Origin: a virus | Lineage: Duplodnaviria > Caudoviricetes | IMG/VR virus record: IMGVR_UViG_3300043344_000002 | Span: 1 to 64,000 of that record | Length of the DNA: 64,000 bases | Direction: 5' to 3' (one strand) | In this document: piece by piece, positions 1-9,927 of the stretch | Position numbering within the stretch: position 1 is the stretch's first letter | How the letters are laid out: each line of letters begins with the position of its first letter | The notes under the pieces: model-generated | What the model was told of the DNA's origin: nothing | Database searches by the model: none | What the model saw: the letters and a program-made list of their open reading frames with translations, nothing else | Position numbers and translations under genes: made by a program

Positions 1-2
1 CG

Positions 3-1412
3 TGGGCGCGCCAGGTAACCGTCGCAGGTGCCAATAGTGTCACGTTTGATGAAGCACTTGACTCTGGCAACCACGCACATCTCCGTGTCCTATCCGGAGT
101 AGATAGCTTTGACATTGGTGCTGGTACATTTGGGCCATCATCAGTGTCGCACGTATGCCCGTCGCTTGTTGTCACAGCTACCGGTGATTTCTTGCTTAAC
201 GCTAGCATCGGTCTTACGAGCGGCGGTGCAGCGTTCGACTACACCTTTCCGGCTGGGATGGTCGAGACTGACGTAGCGACTTTCTCTACTATGGGATCTC
301 ACACTGAGACTCTTGTTGCATCCGGAGCAACCGGGACACGCACTCATACTGCGTCAGCCGCCTGCGAGTATGCTTCTCTCAGCATTGCGTTTAAAGCGTC
401 CAGTGGTGCAACAGTTGATCTCGAGGGATCAGGTAACGCTGCTGCTAACGCTGGTGGTAGCATCGCAGTTGAGAGGGCACTTACTGGCGGTGCGAATTCT
501 ACCGCAAACGCTAACGGTGACATTACGATAAACAAGGCACTCGCTGGTGCTGCAAACTCTGCTGACCAGGCGTCTGGAACGCTGACGCTTCAAGGAGAGG
601 GAGGGATCGTGACTGCCCCGCTTACAACCGAGTACGGTCCCTGCGCTCCGTGGCCCGTCCGGTGGATGTGTGATGTTTCGGCTGTATCCCCAACGGTAAC
701 CGGACAAGCAGTCCAGATGGCAACTGAGGTTGTCTGGGCGCTGTCCGGACGACAGTTCGGCCTGTGTACGGTTACACTTCGACCGTGTCGTCGTGAATGC
801 TTTGATGGTGCTTGGAGCTCATCCTACAGCCAGTTCGGTAGTGATGGCTTCGTTACGCCCGCGCTCATCGGTGGACGTTGGTTTAACATCATATGCGGCG
901 GTTGCGGTGATGGATGTTCGTGTAGTCGTGTGTCTGAGGTTGTGCTGCCGGCCCCCGTGAATAACATCGTCGAAGTTAAAGTTGATGGCTCACCTCTTGC
1001 CACAGGTGCGTACCGACTGGACAACGCACGATTGCTCGTACGCACCGATGGTGGAGAATGGCCCATCTGTAACAACCTCTCATTGAATGACACTGAGGAG
1101 GGAACGTGGTCGATTACCGCAGAATATGGTACCCACGTACCCGAAGGTGGCGCGTGGGCAGTTGGCGAACTAGCCTGCGAATTCATCAGCGCGATTGGTG
1201 GAAACGACTGTAGACTTCCACGTAACATCACACAGCTGGCGCGACAGGGTGTCACGATTAGTTTCCCAAGCGTTGTGGAGTTGTTCAAGGAACGAGCCAC
1301 TGGACTCTACCTCGTCGATCTTTTCATTGCGACGTGGAATCCTAATCGTCTCACAGCGCGCTCTGGTGTGTACAGTGTTGATGGCGCCATAGCGCGTAGA
1401 GCAGGTACGTGA
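3..1412 (+). CDS. Cys-rich head-to-tail adaptor fused to an N-terminal beta-rich/Ala-Gly-Thr accessory domain (5' partial)
   Basis: The frame is open from the window edge, upstream of the tracked start at 144. The C-terminal half has actinophage adaptor-like motifs (LWALSGRQFG.C...RPC, CRLP..ITQLARQGV). An in-frame GTG at 609 follows GGAGAGGGAGGG. Confidence 0.6.
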   Translation, partial: WARQVTVAGANSVTFDEALDSGNHAHLRVLSGVDSFDIGAGTFGPSSVSHVCPSLVVTATGDFLLNASIGLTSGGAAFDYTFPAGMVETDVATFSTMGSHTETLVASGATGTRTHTASAACEYASLSIAFKASSGATVDLEGSGNAAANAGGSIAVERALTGGANSTANANGDITINKALAGAANSADQASGTLTLQGEGGIVTAPLTTEYGPCAPWPVRWMCDVSAVSPTVTGQAVQMATEVVWALSGRQFGLCTVTLRPCRRECFDGAWSSSYSQFGSDGFVTPALIGGRWFNIICGGCGDGCSCSRVSEVVLPAPVNNIVEVKVDGSPLATGAYRLDNARLLVRTDGGEWPICNNLSLNDTEEGTWSITAEYGTHVPEGGAWAVGELACEFISAIGGNDCRLPRNITQLARQGVTISFPSVVELFKERATGLYLVDLFIATWNPNRLTARSGVYSVDGAIARRAGT

Positions 1413-1936
1413 TGACTCTCCCCTGGGACTACACGCTAACATTCTTTACGATTCCAGAACTCTTGGTGACTGACATCTCGGCAGCGCTCACTGCGTCAAT
1501 CGGTGGTGCAGTTGATCGAGCATGCGTTGTTCCTGCCGCAATTGCATGGGATCACTGTGATTGCGGTGCGCTGTACATTTCAGCGAATAAGTGGTTTCTC
1601 TCTGAAACTTTCCCCACTAATGCGCAGGGCGCTGACACACGCACAACACCATGTGAACTTCCGTGGCTTGTCGGCGAAATCGTCATTCAAATTATGCGAT
1701 GCGCGCCCCAACCACAGGGTCGAGAAATCGCACCAACATGTGCTGCTCTCAGCGCTGCGGCAAAGATTCTAGCAGTTGATGCGTACGTCACTCTTCACAC
1801 AGCGCTCTCAACGCTATGTGGATTGAAGGAAGACGACATCATCATTGATTTTAGCTTTGGCGAGCAGACCGCGTCAGGTCCAGAGGGGGCTTGCGCTGGC
1901 TCGGAACTGCGCGTATTTGTCGCGATTCCGAGGTGA
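1409..1936 (+). CDS. virion structural protein (putative tail terminator/completion)
   Basis: 175 aa, coupled to the adaptor and located before the neck gene. Confidence 0.45.
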   Translation: MMTLPWDYTLTFFTIPELLVTDISAALTASIGGAVDRACVVPAAIAWDHCDCGALYISANKWFLSETFPTNAQGADTRTTPCELPWLVGEIVIQIMRCAPQPQGREIAPTCAALSAAAKILAVDAYVTLHTALSTLCGLKEDDIIIDFSFGEQTASGPEGACAGSELRVFVAIPR

Positions 1937-1939
1937 CGC

Positions 1940-2350
1940 ATGAGCGTCATTATTCGTATTGATATCAAGCAAGCGAATATTCGTAAGACATTTGCCGACC
2001 CCAAGGGCGCGTTGGCTCGAGGTATCTTGCGTGCGTCGAAGAAGGTTGAGCGTAAGGCTAAGCGTCTTGCGCCTGTTGATAAGGGACAGCTCCGCGCATC
2101 GATTACATCACAAATTGTCTTTCGTAGTGGTCTTCCCATTGGTCGCGTTGGCACTAACGTAAAACACGCTAAGTGGGTGCATGAAGGCACGGGCATTTAC
2201 GGCCCTCGAGGTGTTCCCATTCGACCTAAGAATGGAAAAGTCTTGGTGTTTAAGCCTAAGGGAAAGTCAAAGAATGTGTATGTGAAGTCGGTGAAGGGCA
2301 TGAAGGGAAGACCATTCCTCAGGGATGCTCTCAAGGTACTCGCAGCGTAG
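1940..2350 (+). CDS. HK97 gp10-like neck/tail-completion protein
   Basis: Basic protein with AKRLAPVDKGQLRASI, GTNVKHAKWVHEGTG and GMKGRPFL motifs. Confidence 0.8.
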   Translation: MSVIIRIDIKQANIRKTFADPKGALARGILRASKKVERKAKRLAPVDKGQLRASITSQIVFRSGLPIGRVGTNVKHAKWVHEGTGIYGPRGVPIRPKNGKVLVFKPKGKSKNVYVKSVKGMKGRPFLRDALKVLAA

Positions 2351-2553
2351 AGCAGTAGCAATCGCAGAGTAGTTGACTCGCGTGTCGAGAGGACGATAGA
2401 GATGTCTCTGAGTACGCTCTGGGCGCTCTAGAACAGAGCCCCTGGATAGTCTACCTGGCCATAAACTGATCAACTGCAATAAGACACTAATTGAATACGA
2501 CGGCACCGGTGTAATACAGTAACAGAGAAAGGTTTTACTCTCTGGAGGAATGA

Positions 2554-2976
2554 ATGAGTGTACAAGTAACTCCCGATGATGACATTATGGATTTCACTCC
2601 AAAGCGAAAGATTCCTCGCTTTCGCATTGGTGATGATATCTTCACAGGTGTCGCTGAAATTCCGGCTGAACTCTCGCTGGACTTCGCGCAGAAGGCAGCT
2701 CTGATGGGACAGGAGGGGCAGACGACTGCCGAGAAGCTCGCGGTCATTCGTGAACTTATCAGCGTTGTCCTCATGCCCGAATCGGCTGCCATCTTCATTG
2801 CTCGACTCAGTGATTCGGCAAATCCCATCGGCATCAATTCATTTCGTGATGTTCTGCCGTGGCTGCTTAAGCAGTACATGGGAACCCCTACGACGCCGGA
2901 CTCGGACTCCTCTTCTGGGCCCGGCAACCAGGAATCTGGCAAGAACTCGACGGAGAACACCTCGGACGAGGAGTAG
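2554..2976 (+). CDS. tail assembly chaperone (G form)
   Basis: RBS GGAGG; lies just upstream of the tape measure gene; low-complexity C-terminus after the shift site. Confidence 0.75.
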   Translation: MSVQVTPDDDIMDFTPKRKIPRFRIGDDIFTGVAEIPAELSLDFAQKAALMGQEGQTTAEKLAVIRELISVVLMPESAAIFIARLSDSANPIGINSFRDVLPWLLKQYMGTPTTPDSDSSSGPGNQESGKNSTENTSDEE

Positions 2977-3236
2977 ACCTTCTTAAGCTACCACTGGACC
3001 GGCTGCTCAACGTCCTATACCACGCATCGGTTGCACGCCTAAAGCATGATAGCAAGAATCCAAACGGACCACGCGCTCGACTTGATCGCAGGCTCAAGAT
3101 TGAGGAGTGGGAGTTGCCAGGAGGTGGATATGTTGCACCCAAGCGTGAGGGTAACGCGCCTCCCGAATGGTGGGATGATGATGAGGAAGCATCGCAGTCT
3201 TTCCTCAATGCGGTAGGAGCGGTGAACCTTGGCTGA
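2880..3236 (+). CDS. tail assembly chaperone -1 frame extension (G-T form)
   Basis: Start-less -1 frame ORF (GNPYDAGLGLLFWARQPGIWQELDGEHLGRGVDLLKLPLDRLLNVLY...AVNLG*) entered at GGGAACCCCTAC; overlaps the tape measure start. Confidence 0.7.
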   Translation, partial: GNPYDAGLGLLFWARQPGIWQELDGEHLGRGVDLLKLPLDRLLNVLYHASVARLKHDSKNPNGPRARLDRRLKIEEWELPGGGYVAPKREGNAPPEWWDDDEEASQSFLNAVGAVNLG

Positions 3237-6030
3237 CGTATACGGTGAAGCTGTTGTCGAGATCATTCCCGATGTCAAGAACTTTGGGAAAAATCTCAAC
3301 AAGCAGCTTAACGGTGTCACTGATGATATCTCAAAGTCAGTCAAGGACATCGACAAAGAGTTCGACAGCATCGGTGGAAGTCTAGACGATTCGTTCAAGA
3401 CTGCCACAAAGGCAGTTGTCAAAGATTTTGACGATCTCAAAGCACAAATGCTCAAGATTGGTCTGCAAGCTGAGGCAGATCTTAAGAGGTCAGCGAACAA
3501 CTCAGAAACGAATTGGCGCATCGCTGGTGATGGCATTGAGGGCATCTTTGGCGATGTGATGTCAGCAGGAAATAAGTCAGCGAAAGAAGTAGAGAAGGAA
3601 TTCGCACGCGCCGCAAAAGCCACTGAAAAAGCCTTCGCAAACTCGGCAAAGCTTGCTGAGAAGGAAGCGAAGGAGATTGAAAAGTCATTCGTACGTGCTG
3701 CTAAGGCTACTGAGAAGGCACTCGCAAACTCGGCAAAACTCGCTGAGAAGGAAGCAAAAGAAGCCCAGCGTGAATTTAAGAAGATGGCTGACGAGGCAGA
3801 GAAAGCAGCGAAAGCCGCGTCTGATGGCGGTAAAGACGCTGATCACTCGTTTGCGTCACTTGCCGGACGGCTAAGTAGTGTCACTGGATTGCTCACAAAG
3901 GTTGTCACTACAGGCGCATCACTTGGCTCGATCATTCCTCTTGTCGTAGCACTTGCCTCAACACTCGCGCAAGCATCCGGTGCAGCTCTCATCTTGCCTG
4001 GTGCGATCGCCTCCATTGGTCTCGCTGGTGCTACGCTGAAACTTGCGTTCACAGGAATTGGTGACGCACTTTCAGCGGATAACGCTAAAGAACTCGAAGC
4101 AGCGATGGCGAACTTGCCGTCAACTGCACAGGAATTCGTGAAAGCACTTCGTAATGTTAAGGATGAGTTCGAGGGTGTTCGCCGCGGGGTCCAGTCGGCG
4201 TTTTTCGCGGGTCTTGACGCCAAAATTGACCAGCTAGGTTCAGCGCTTTTGCCGATCGTCACGCGTGGACTCGTCGGTATTTCGAAGGAACTCAACACCA
4301 CTGCTAAGAGCTTTGCTGATATGCTCTTGGAGGGTGAAAACGTCAAGGCGATTGACGCAATCTTTGACGCGACGAGAACGACGGTGCATAATCTCGGTGA
4401 GGCACTCGCGCCAATCGGTCAGGTTCTCCTGGACATCGTACAGGTTGGCTCTGAGGCGTTCGCGGACTTGACAGCAGGCGTTGGCTCTGCTACACAGAAA
4501 TTTGCCGACTTCATTCGTGAAATGAAGGAATCTGGCAAGCTACGTGACATCATCGATGGTGGCATTCAAGCGTTTAAGATTCTAGGTGGGCTGCTCGCTG
4601 ATATTGCCGCTATCGTAAAGAATGTGTTTGGCCCACTCATTGATGGTGCCGGTGCACTAGGCACACCACTCAACGCAGTGCTTAACACATTTCGCGAATT
4701 CACGTCGCAGCAGTCATTCATTGACATGATGCATGATCTTGGCGAGATTGTGGGCCAGCTCGCGCACGCTGTTGGTGACGTACTTGGTGCAGCGCTTGAC
4801 GCCGTAATGCCAACGCTTCAGAAACTAATTGAGCTTATCGGCGATCACCTACGTAAGGTATTGCCGACCGTTGTTCCGTTCATCGAAAAGCTCGTTGGGT
4901 TCTTTGGTGATTTGCTATTCGCGCTTACTCCACTGCTTGATCCACTCTTTAAACTCGTCCAGCAGTTGCTGCCACCAATGGCTGAACTCATAGGTCGCAT
5001 CATTGACACCATCGACATCAACAAGGTGTCACTGCTTGCAACGACACTAGGCGAGTCGTTGTCAAAAGCTGTCACAGATCTCATGCCGCACATCATTGAG
5101 TTCGCAGATAAACTTGGCGACTTGTTCGTGAAGATGGGTCCAACAATTGACACATTCCTCGACTTTGCCATTCGTGCATTGCCCATTGTCGTAGCGGGTC
5201 TCGGTTGGCTGGCTGGATTTATCCTTGACTTTATCTCGTTCTGTCTGGACCCTCTCATCCTGGCGTGGCAAGCGGTAAGCTGGGTCGTTCGTGAGACGTG
5301 GGAGGCCGCAAAGAACTGGATCGTCTTGAAAATCGCTGAGATTTTGGGTGGTATCGAGACGCTTAAGGAAATTCCTGGAAAGGTCGGTGAGTTCTTTAGT
5401 CAGATGCGCCAAGCTGCTGTAGACAAGATCGCGGAACTCGCTAACGCAGTACGCGAAATTCCGGGTAAGATTCTTGGCGCACTGGGTAACATCGGTAGCC
5501 TACTATGGGATGCAGGTGCTCGTGTCATCGGTGGTTTCATCGATGGTCTTAAGTCAAGGGTTGGTGAAATCGCTAAGATTCTTGGTGGTATCACGTCTTC
5601 TATCCCCAGTTTGAAGGGTCCTCCTGTCGTCGACTCAAAGCTCTTGACGCCTAACGGGCAGTTGATTATGCAGGGCTTGGTGGCGGGTTTCGAGAAGGGT
5701 GAGAAGGGTGTTGAGGCGCACCTACGTTCACTCACTTCGTCGATTGCCAACCAAATGGACATGAGCCAGAGTGCAAATCGCGCGGCGAACTCTGTCAATA
5801 ATATGACGAGCAAGTTGAGTCCCGGTGGCGCCATCACGCAATCTGCTATTGCGCAGTCCGCTGCGACGCAGGCGGCCATTAACACACAAATGAATGCAGG
5901 CGACGCGAACGTTGATGTCACCGTCGTGCTGGGTGATGAAGTACTCAACAATCTTGTAACGAACATCGTCGTTGATCGTGATAAGCGCACTAAGCGCGCT
6001 GTGACCGCTGGCGGAAGGCGAACGCCGTGA
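3229..6030 (+). CDS. tape measure protein
   Basis: 933 aa helical Ala/Leu-rich protein after the chaperone; MADVYGEAVVEIIPD N-terminus and KGPP..D..LL...G..IM.G motif. Confidence 0.9.
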   Translation: MADVYGEAVVEIIPDVKNFGKNLNKQLNGVTDDISKSVKDIDKEFDSIGGSLDDSFKTATKAVVKDFDDLKAQMLKIGLQAEADLKRSANNSETNWRIAGDGIEGIFGDVMSAGNKSAKEVEKEFARAAKATEKAFANSAKLAEKEAKEIEKSFVRAAKATEKALANSAKLAEKEAKEAQREFKKMADEAEKAAKAASDGGKDADHSFASLAGRLSSVTGLLTKVVTTGASLGSIIPLVVALASTLAQASGAALILPGAIASIGLAGATLKLAFTGIGDALSADNAKELEAAMANLPSTAQEFVKALRNVKDEFEGVRRGVQSAFFAGLDAKIDQLGSALLPIVTRGLVGISKELNTTAKSFADMLLEGENVKAIDAIFDATRTTVHNLGEALAPIGQVLLDIVQVGSEAFADLTAGVGSATQKFADFIREMKESGKLRDIIDGGIQAFKILGGLLADIAAIVKNVFGPLIDGAGALGTPLNAVLNTFREFTSQQSFIDMMHDLGEIVGQLAHAVGDVLGAALDAVMPTLQKLIELIGDHLRKVLPTVVPFIEKLVGFFGDLLFALTPLLDPLFKLVQQLLPPMAELIGRIIDTIDINKVSLLATTLGESLSKAVTDLMPHIIEFADKLGDLFVKMGPTIDTFLDFAIRALPIVVAGLGWLAGFILDFISFCLDPLILAWQAVSWVVRETWEAAKNWIVLKIAEILGGIETLKEIPGKVGEFFSQMRQAAVDKIAELANAVREIPGKILGALGNIGSLLWDAGARVIGGFIDGLKSRVGEIAKILGGITSSIPSLKGPPVVDSKLLTPNGQLIMQGLVAGFEKGEKGVEAHLRSLTSSIANQMDMSQSANRAANSVNNMTSKLSPGGAITQSAIAQSAATQAAINTQMNAGDANVDVTVVLGDEVLNNLVTNIVVDRDKRTKRAVTAGGRRTP
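3583..3756 (+). repeat. 87-bp (29-aa) tandem duplication in the tape measure gene
   Basis: KEVEKEFARAAKATEKAFANSAKLAEKEA / KEIEKSFVRAAKATEKALANSAKLAEKEA. Confidence 0.85.
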
Positions 6031-7454
6031 CTGTAATGTTGTCTTACGATGATGTATTGTCACGAGTACACATCTCCGTTACCGGTCTCAATGTCATCGT
6101 CGACCAGGTCACCGTTGAGCGGTCAACTGACATGGTCAACTGGACTATGACACGAGGTGGCAGTAACCTCGTACCCGTCGGCCAAACTGTCCAGCACGAT
6201 GACTATGAATTTTCTGCAAACGTCCCAAATCACTATCGTGTTCGTTCGTATGACACTGCACCAATCACTTACGTCACTGGTGGTCCTGGCGCGACAGGAA
6301 ACAACGCATCACTCGTACCTGCACTACCGCTTGGCTTGGTGCAAGATGACTTGCTGCTCGTTCTAGCGAGTATTCGCAACTCGCCCACCGGCGCTCCAGT
6401 GCAACCTGCCGGTTACACCACTGTACTTGATGCAGCGAATATGAAGATGTTCGCTAAGAAAATCACTGGCGGTGAAGTTGCGCCAACCGTCACCTTCACA
6501 GGTGGTGTAGCAAACGCGACGACGCTGGCGCAATGTGCTGCGTTCAGAAACTGCTCCATTACGGCTGGCGCCAACGCACAGCAACTTAATCCATCAGGTC
6601 AGGATATTCCACGTCCGTTCATGGCAGTGCCAGCACCCAACATGCTAGTGCTGTACGCGTCGTGGAAGCAAGACGACTGGACCCAGATGACGTCGGGTCC
6701 GGGCACGTTCACTAACATCATGGGGCTTGCGGGAGTTACGTCGACACTTGGCGATGATGCCTCACAGGCGTGGTCATACTGGGTTCAGACCACTAAGACG
6801 GACATCGCGGAGAGTACGGGCGTTGTCACCGGTGGTGCCGCGGCCATTTCACGCGCGACTGTTCTTGCTCTCTACCCCGAGCCTCGCTTGATGAGTGATG
6901 AAATTGCAACGATTACACCGATGATCGATACGACATGGCTTAAAGTCATTGCTCGACCGTATCTTAACCGACCCATTGACTGCATTGCGACGATTTCGTC
7001 GATTACTCGGCGTGCAAGGAATGGCATTTTCCCGATCGTAGGTCGAAGTTACCCCGTTGCAGTTACAGATTTGCGTATGTCACGTGAATTTAGCATACGT
7101 ATTGTATCGCAAACGACAGAAGAACGAGAAGATCTCGATCTTATCATGGCAACGGGAGATGTGTTTTTCTTCCAATCGCCGCCGGGTGATCCTATGCCCA
7201 CGCTTTATGCAGCAGTTGGCGACACTGATGAGATGCGTCCATTGCGCAACCGCACGTGTGGTAATGACTGGCGTGTCTTTACACTTCCTCTCACTGAAAT
7301 CGCAGCACCCACGTCGGATATCGTAGGCAGCATTGGCACCTGGCAGACGGTCGTTAATACGTACGCAACGTGGTCCGATGTTCTCGCTGATAACGCAACG
7401 TGGTCTGACCTACTTAATCTCGTTGGTTCTCCATCCGACGTCATTGTCCCGTAA
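6027..7454 (+). CDS. minor tail protein (distal-tail-like) with an inserted beta-rich domain
   Basis: Follows the tape measure gene; ~200-aa insert at about 6261-6878; C-terminal TW..V...ATW repeats. Confidence 0.7.
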   Translation: MTVMLSYDDVLSRVHISVTGLNVIVDQVTVERSTDMVNWTMTRGGSNLVPVGQTVQHDDYEFSANVPNHYRVRSYDTAPITYVTGGPGATGNNASLVPALPLGLVQDDLLLVLASIRNSPTGAPVQPAGYTTVLDAANMKMFAKKITGGEVAPTVTFTGGVANATTLAQCAAFRNCSITAGANAQQLNPSGQDIPRPFMAVPAPNMLVLYASWKQDDWTQMTSGPGTFTNIMGLAGVTSTLGDDASQAWSYWVQTTKTDIAESTGVVTGGAAAISRATVLALYPEPRLMSDEIATITPMIDTTWLKVIARPYLNRPIDCIATISSITRRARNGIFPIVGRSYPVAVTDLRMSREFSIRIVSQTTEEREDLDLIMATGDVFFFQSPPGDPMPTLYAAVGDTDEMRPLRNRTCGNDWRVFTLPLTEIAAPTSDIVGSIGTWQTVVNTYATWSDVLADNATWSDLLNLVGSPSDVIVP

Positions 7455-7465
7455 GGGGGTGAAGT

Positions 7466-8602
7466 ATGCGTCCTGTTAGCGCTGCGTTTCTCACAGCACT
7501 TCGCGGTTCACATCAGATGGTCGCTGACGCGCGTGTTCTCACCTCCTACCAGGAGGGTGTCAATCCCAGCGGTATCGATATCCCAATCGTTAGCGGTGAT
7601 GTCTCGATGGATGCGTCAGCGTCCATTAGAGCCACGCTAGCTCTTACGACTGATGGTAATCAGCTCTGGTCAACTGAAGCTAGTGGCCTACTCACGCCGT
7701 ATGGTAATGAAATCTTTGTACGACGTGGCATCGACTACGGTGATGGCACGCGTGAGTGGGTAAGTCAGGGTTACTTTCGCATCACGGATGTCCAGCAGGA
7801 TAACAACATCAACAACGCAATCAGTATTACTGCGTTTGATCGTATGTCAAACATCATCGATTCACGTCTTACTGAGCCACGCCAGTTTAGCATTGGCACA
7901 TTGTTGACTACTGTCGTGTCCACTCTTGTGCATGAGGTTTATCCTCTTGCCACCATCAACTGGCAGGGCTCGAGTAGTGGTGACGTGCTTCTACGAACTC
8001 TCGTTACTGAAAACGAAGACCGGTACCAGTTCATTGATGATCTAGTGACATCTTACGGTAAGATCTGGTACTGGGACTATAACGGTGAACTGATCGTTAA
8101 AGATCCACCAGATCCGCTATCACCTGTATACACGGTCAATGCAGGTGCCGGTGGTGTGCTCATCTCGTTTAGTCGATCCATTAGTCGTGAAGGTGCGTAC
8201 AACGCTGTCGTCGTAAATGGTCAGGGTACCGACGATATTCCGCCTGTTCACGTCGTTGTCATCGACAACGAGCCGCTAAGCGCCACCTACTGGTACGGTC
8301 CATTCGGTCAAATTCCTAAGTTTTATGCGTCATCGTTCATTACCACAGAAGGACAAGCCACTAGCGCTGGCACTGCCATGCTGCAGCAATCACGTGGTCT
8401 TCCATACAACATCAATTTTGACACAGTACCTAATCCGGCACTTGAGCCACTAGACCCGGTGCTTGTTTTCACGGGAGACCGTGATGAAGTTCACGTCATG
8501 GAAACCATTTCACTGCCATTGACAGCGGCTGATGCGCAAACTGGCACAACACGTGAGCAGCGTGTCACCTCAGTAATTGAACCTATGCCGGGATCGGGGT
8601 AA
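7466..8602 (+). CDS. minor tail protein (hub/DUF5047-like)
   Basis: MRPVSAAFL.ALRGSH, PYGNEIFVRRG and PNPALEP.D motifs typical of actinophage tail hubs. Confidence 0.75.
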   Translation: MRPVSAAFLTALRGSHQMVADARVLTSYQEGVNPSGIDIPIVSGDVSMDASASIRATLALTTDGNQLWSTEASGLLTPYGNEIFVRRGIDYGDGTREWVSQGYFRITDVQQDNNINNAISITAFDRMSNIIDSRLTEPRQFSIGTLLTTVVSTLVHEVYPLATINWQGSSSGDVLLRTLVTENEDRYQFIDDLVTSYGKIWYWDYNGELIVKDPPDPLSPVYTVNAGAGGVLISFSRSISREGAYNAVVVNGQGTDDIPPVHVVVIDNEPLSATYWYGPFGQIPKFYASSFITTEGQATSAGTAMLQQSRGLPYNINFDTVPNPALEPLDPVLVFTGDRDEVHVMETISLPLTAADAQTGTTREQRVTSVIEPMPGSG

Positions 8603-8604
8603 TC

Positions 8605-9306
8605 ATGGGAGTTGATCGATCAGCCGATCTCACGCCATTTCTCTCACCATTTGATCCACCACCACTGAGTTATAGTCAGGGTGTCATTACGGCTTGGAAT
8701 GTTCAGACGGGCGAAAATACCGTTAGAGTGAATGGCGCAGATATCTATGACGTGCCGATGCTGAACATTACTGAAGCACTGGTGTTGCGTTCTGGCATGG
8801 TTGTTGGGCTGCTGCGCTCAAATAATTCATACTTTATGCTTGGGCGCATTGTCGTACCTAACTCGCCTGATTTTTTCTCGGGTGTAATGCCAAACATCTC
8901 CGAACCATTTTACCCGCAAAATACCGATACTGCGCTTCAGACCAACAGCGTCGGCGGCTATTACTCAAAAATGGTTTCGTCAATGATCATTAATCATCCA
9001 CGCATCGCCATTGGTGGAAAGTTGATCGTTAGCGGTGCTACAGCCTCTGGACACTGCCGTGTTCGGTGGTATAACTCTTATCCTACTAACGGTGTTAATC
9101 CTGCTAACGGCACGCTAATGGCGACATCACTTACACCTGCGGTTGGACCAGCTAACATAGTATGGGGCCCTGTGGATTATTCATGGCCAGCAGGTAAACT
9201 TGGAACACACGTCTATGTTAGCTATGAAGTCGAAATGATCACAGGAACGGGCGGCGTGGACTGGGTTAGCTGCATGCCCACTGACTTCTATGGACACGGA
9301 AACTAA
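8605..9306 (+). CDS. minor tail protein
   Basis: Position in the tail module; N-terminal OB-like segment (QGVITAWN..TGEN.V.V.G). Confidence 0.6.
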   Translation: MGVDRSADLTPFLSPFDPPPLSYSQGVITAWNVQTGENTVRVNGADIYDVPMLNITEALVLRSGMVVGLLRSNNSYFMLGRIVVPNSPDFFSGVMPNISEPFYPQNTDTALQTNSVGGYYSKMVSSMIINHPRIAIGGKLIVSGATASGHCRVRWYNSYPTNGVNPANGTLMATSLTPAVGPANIVWGPVDYSWPAGKLGTHVYVSYEVEMITGTGGVDWVSCMPTDFYGHGN

Positions 9307-9317
9307 GGGGATCTGCA

Positions 9318-9911
9318 GTGCCAACCACAGTTCTTTACAACTTCCCATACCCCGCACTGAGTGATGCGCCTAGCGGCCCGGTACAGATTCAAGCGCTCGC
9401 ACAAGCAGTTGAGAATAAGATTGCGACGGTTGATAGCGCGCTTAGCTTGACAACTCTCGCACCGGCTGTTCAGAATCAACTTCTCTTCAATTACACCGTT
9501 GTGTCGCGCAGCACGAACCAAGCCATCACAACGAGTGCTGAAACTCTCGTTCAGTTTATTGAGCCAGCGGCTGGTGATGACCAGTCGGATATGTTTAGCG
9601 TTGTCAATAACACCCGCGTTACCATGAAACTCGCGGGCACCTACGAGATGAAGTTCAACTGCTCGCTTGCAACTGGTGGTGCATCGACGTATCGCGCATG
9701 TCGTATGCGACTAAATGGTACGACAACTATTCTCGACTCTCGGTTTATGAGTCTCGCGTTGGCAGGTACACCATTTCATCTTTGTGGTGAGCGACGGTTT
9801 GCACTTAATGATTACATTGAAGTACTCGTTTACCACGAGAATGGAACAACACTCGACATTGACGTTGCCATCATTTCAGTTAAGCTCACCGTTCGTCGAG
9901 TGGGTCCTTAA
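9318..9911 (+). CDS. minor tail / receptor-binding protein
   Basis: N-terminal YP...DAP.GP.QIQALAQAV anchor and a C1q/TNF-like beta C-terminus. Confidence 0.55.
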   Translation: MPTTVLYNFPYPALSDAPSGPVQIQALAQAVENKIATVDSALSLTTLAPAVQNQLLFNYTVVSRSTNQAITTSAETLVQFIEPAAGDDQSDMFSVVNNTRVTMKLAGTYEMKFNCSLATGGASTYRACRMRLNGTTTILDSRFMSLALAGTPFHLCGERRFALNDYIEVLVYHENGTTLDIDVAIISVKLTVRRVGP

Positions 9912-9927
9912 TCACGAGGAGATCATC

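Noticed and set aside
2351-2553. Missing major tail gene between neck and chaperone
   Set aside because: It is probably upstream of the window with the capsid genes; this cannot be judged here
2881-2891. GGAACCCCTAC shared between the frameshift site and the T loop of the tRNA-like RNA at 16768-16845
   Set aside because: Only 11 nt, noticed post hoc, and same-sense in both RNAs, so they cannot pair; probably chance
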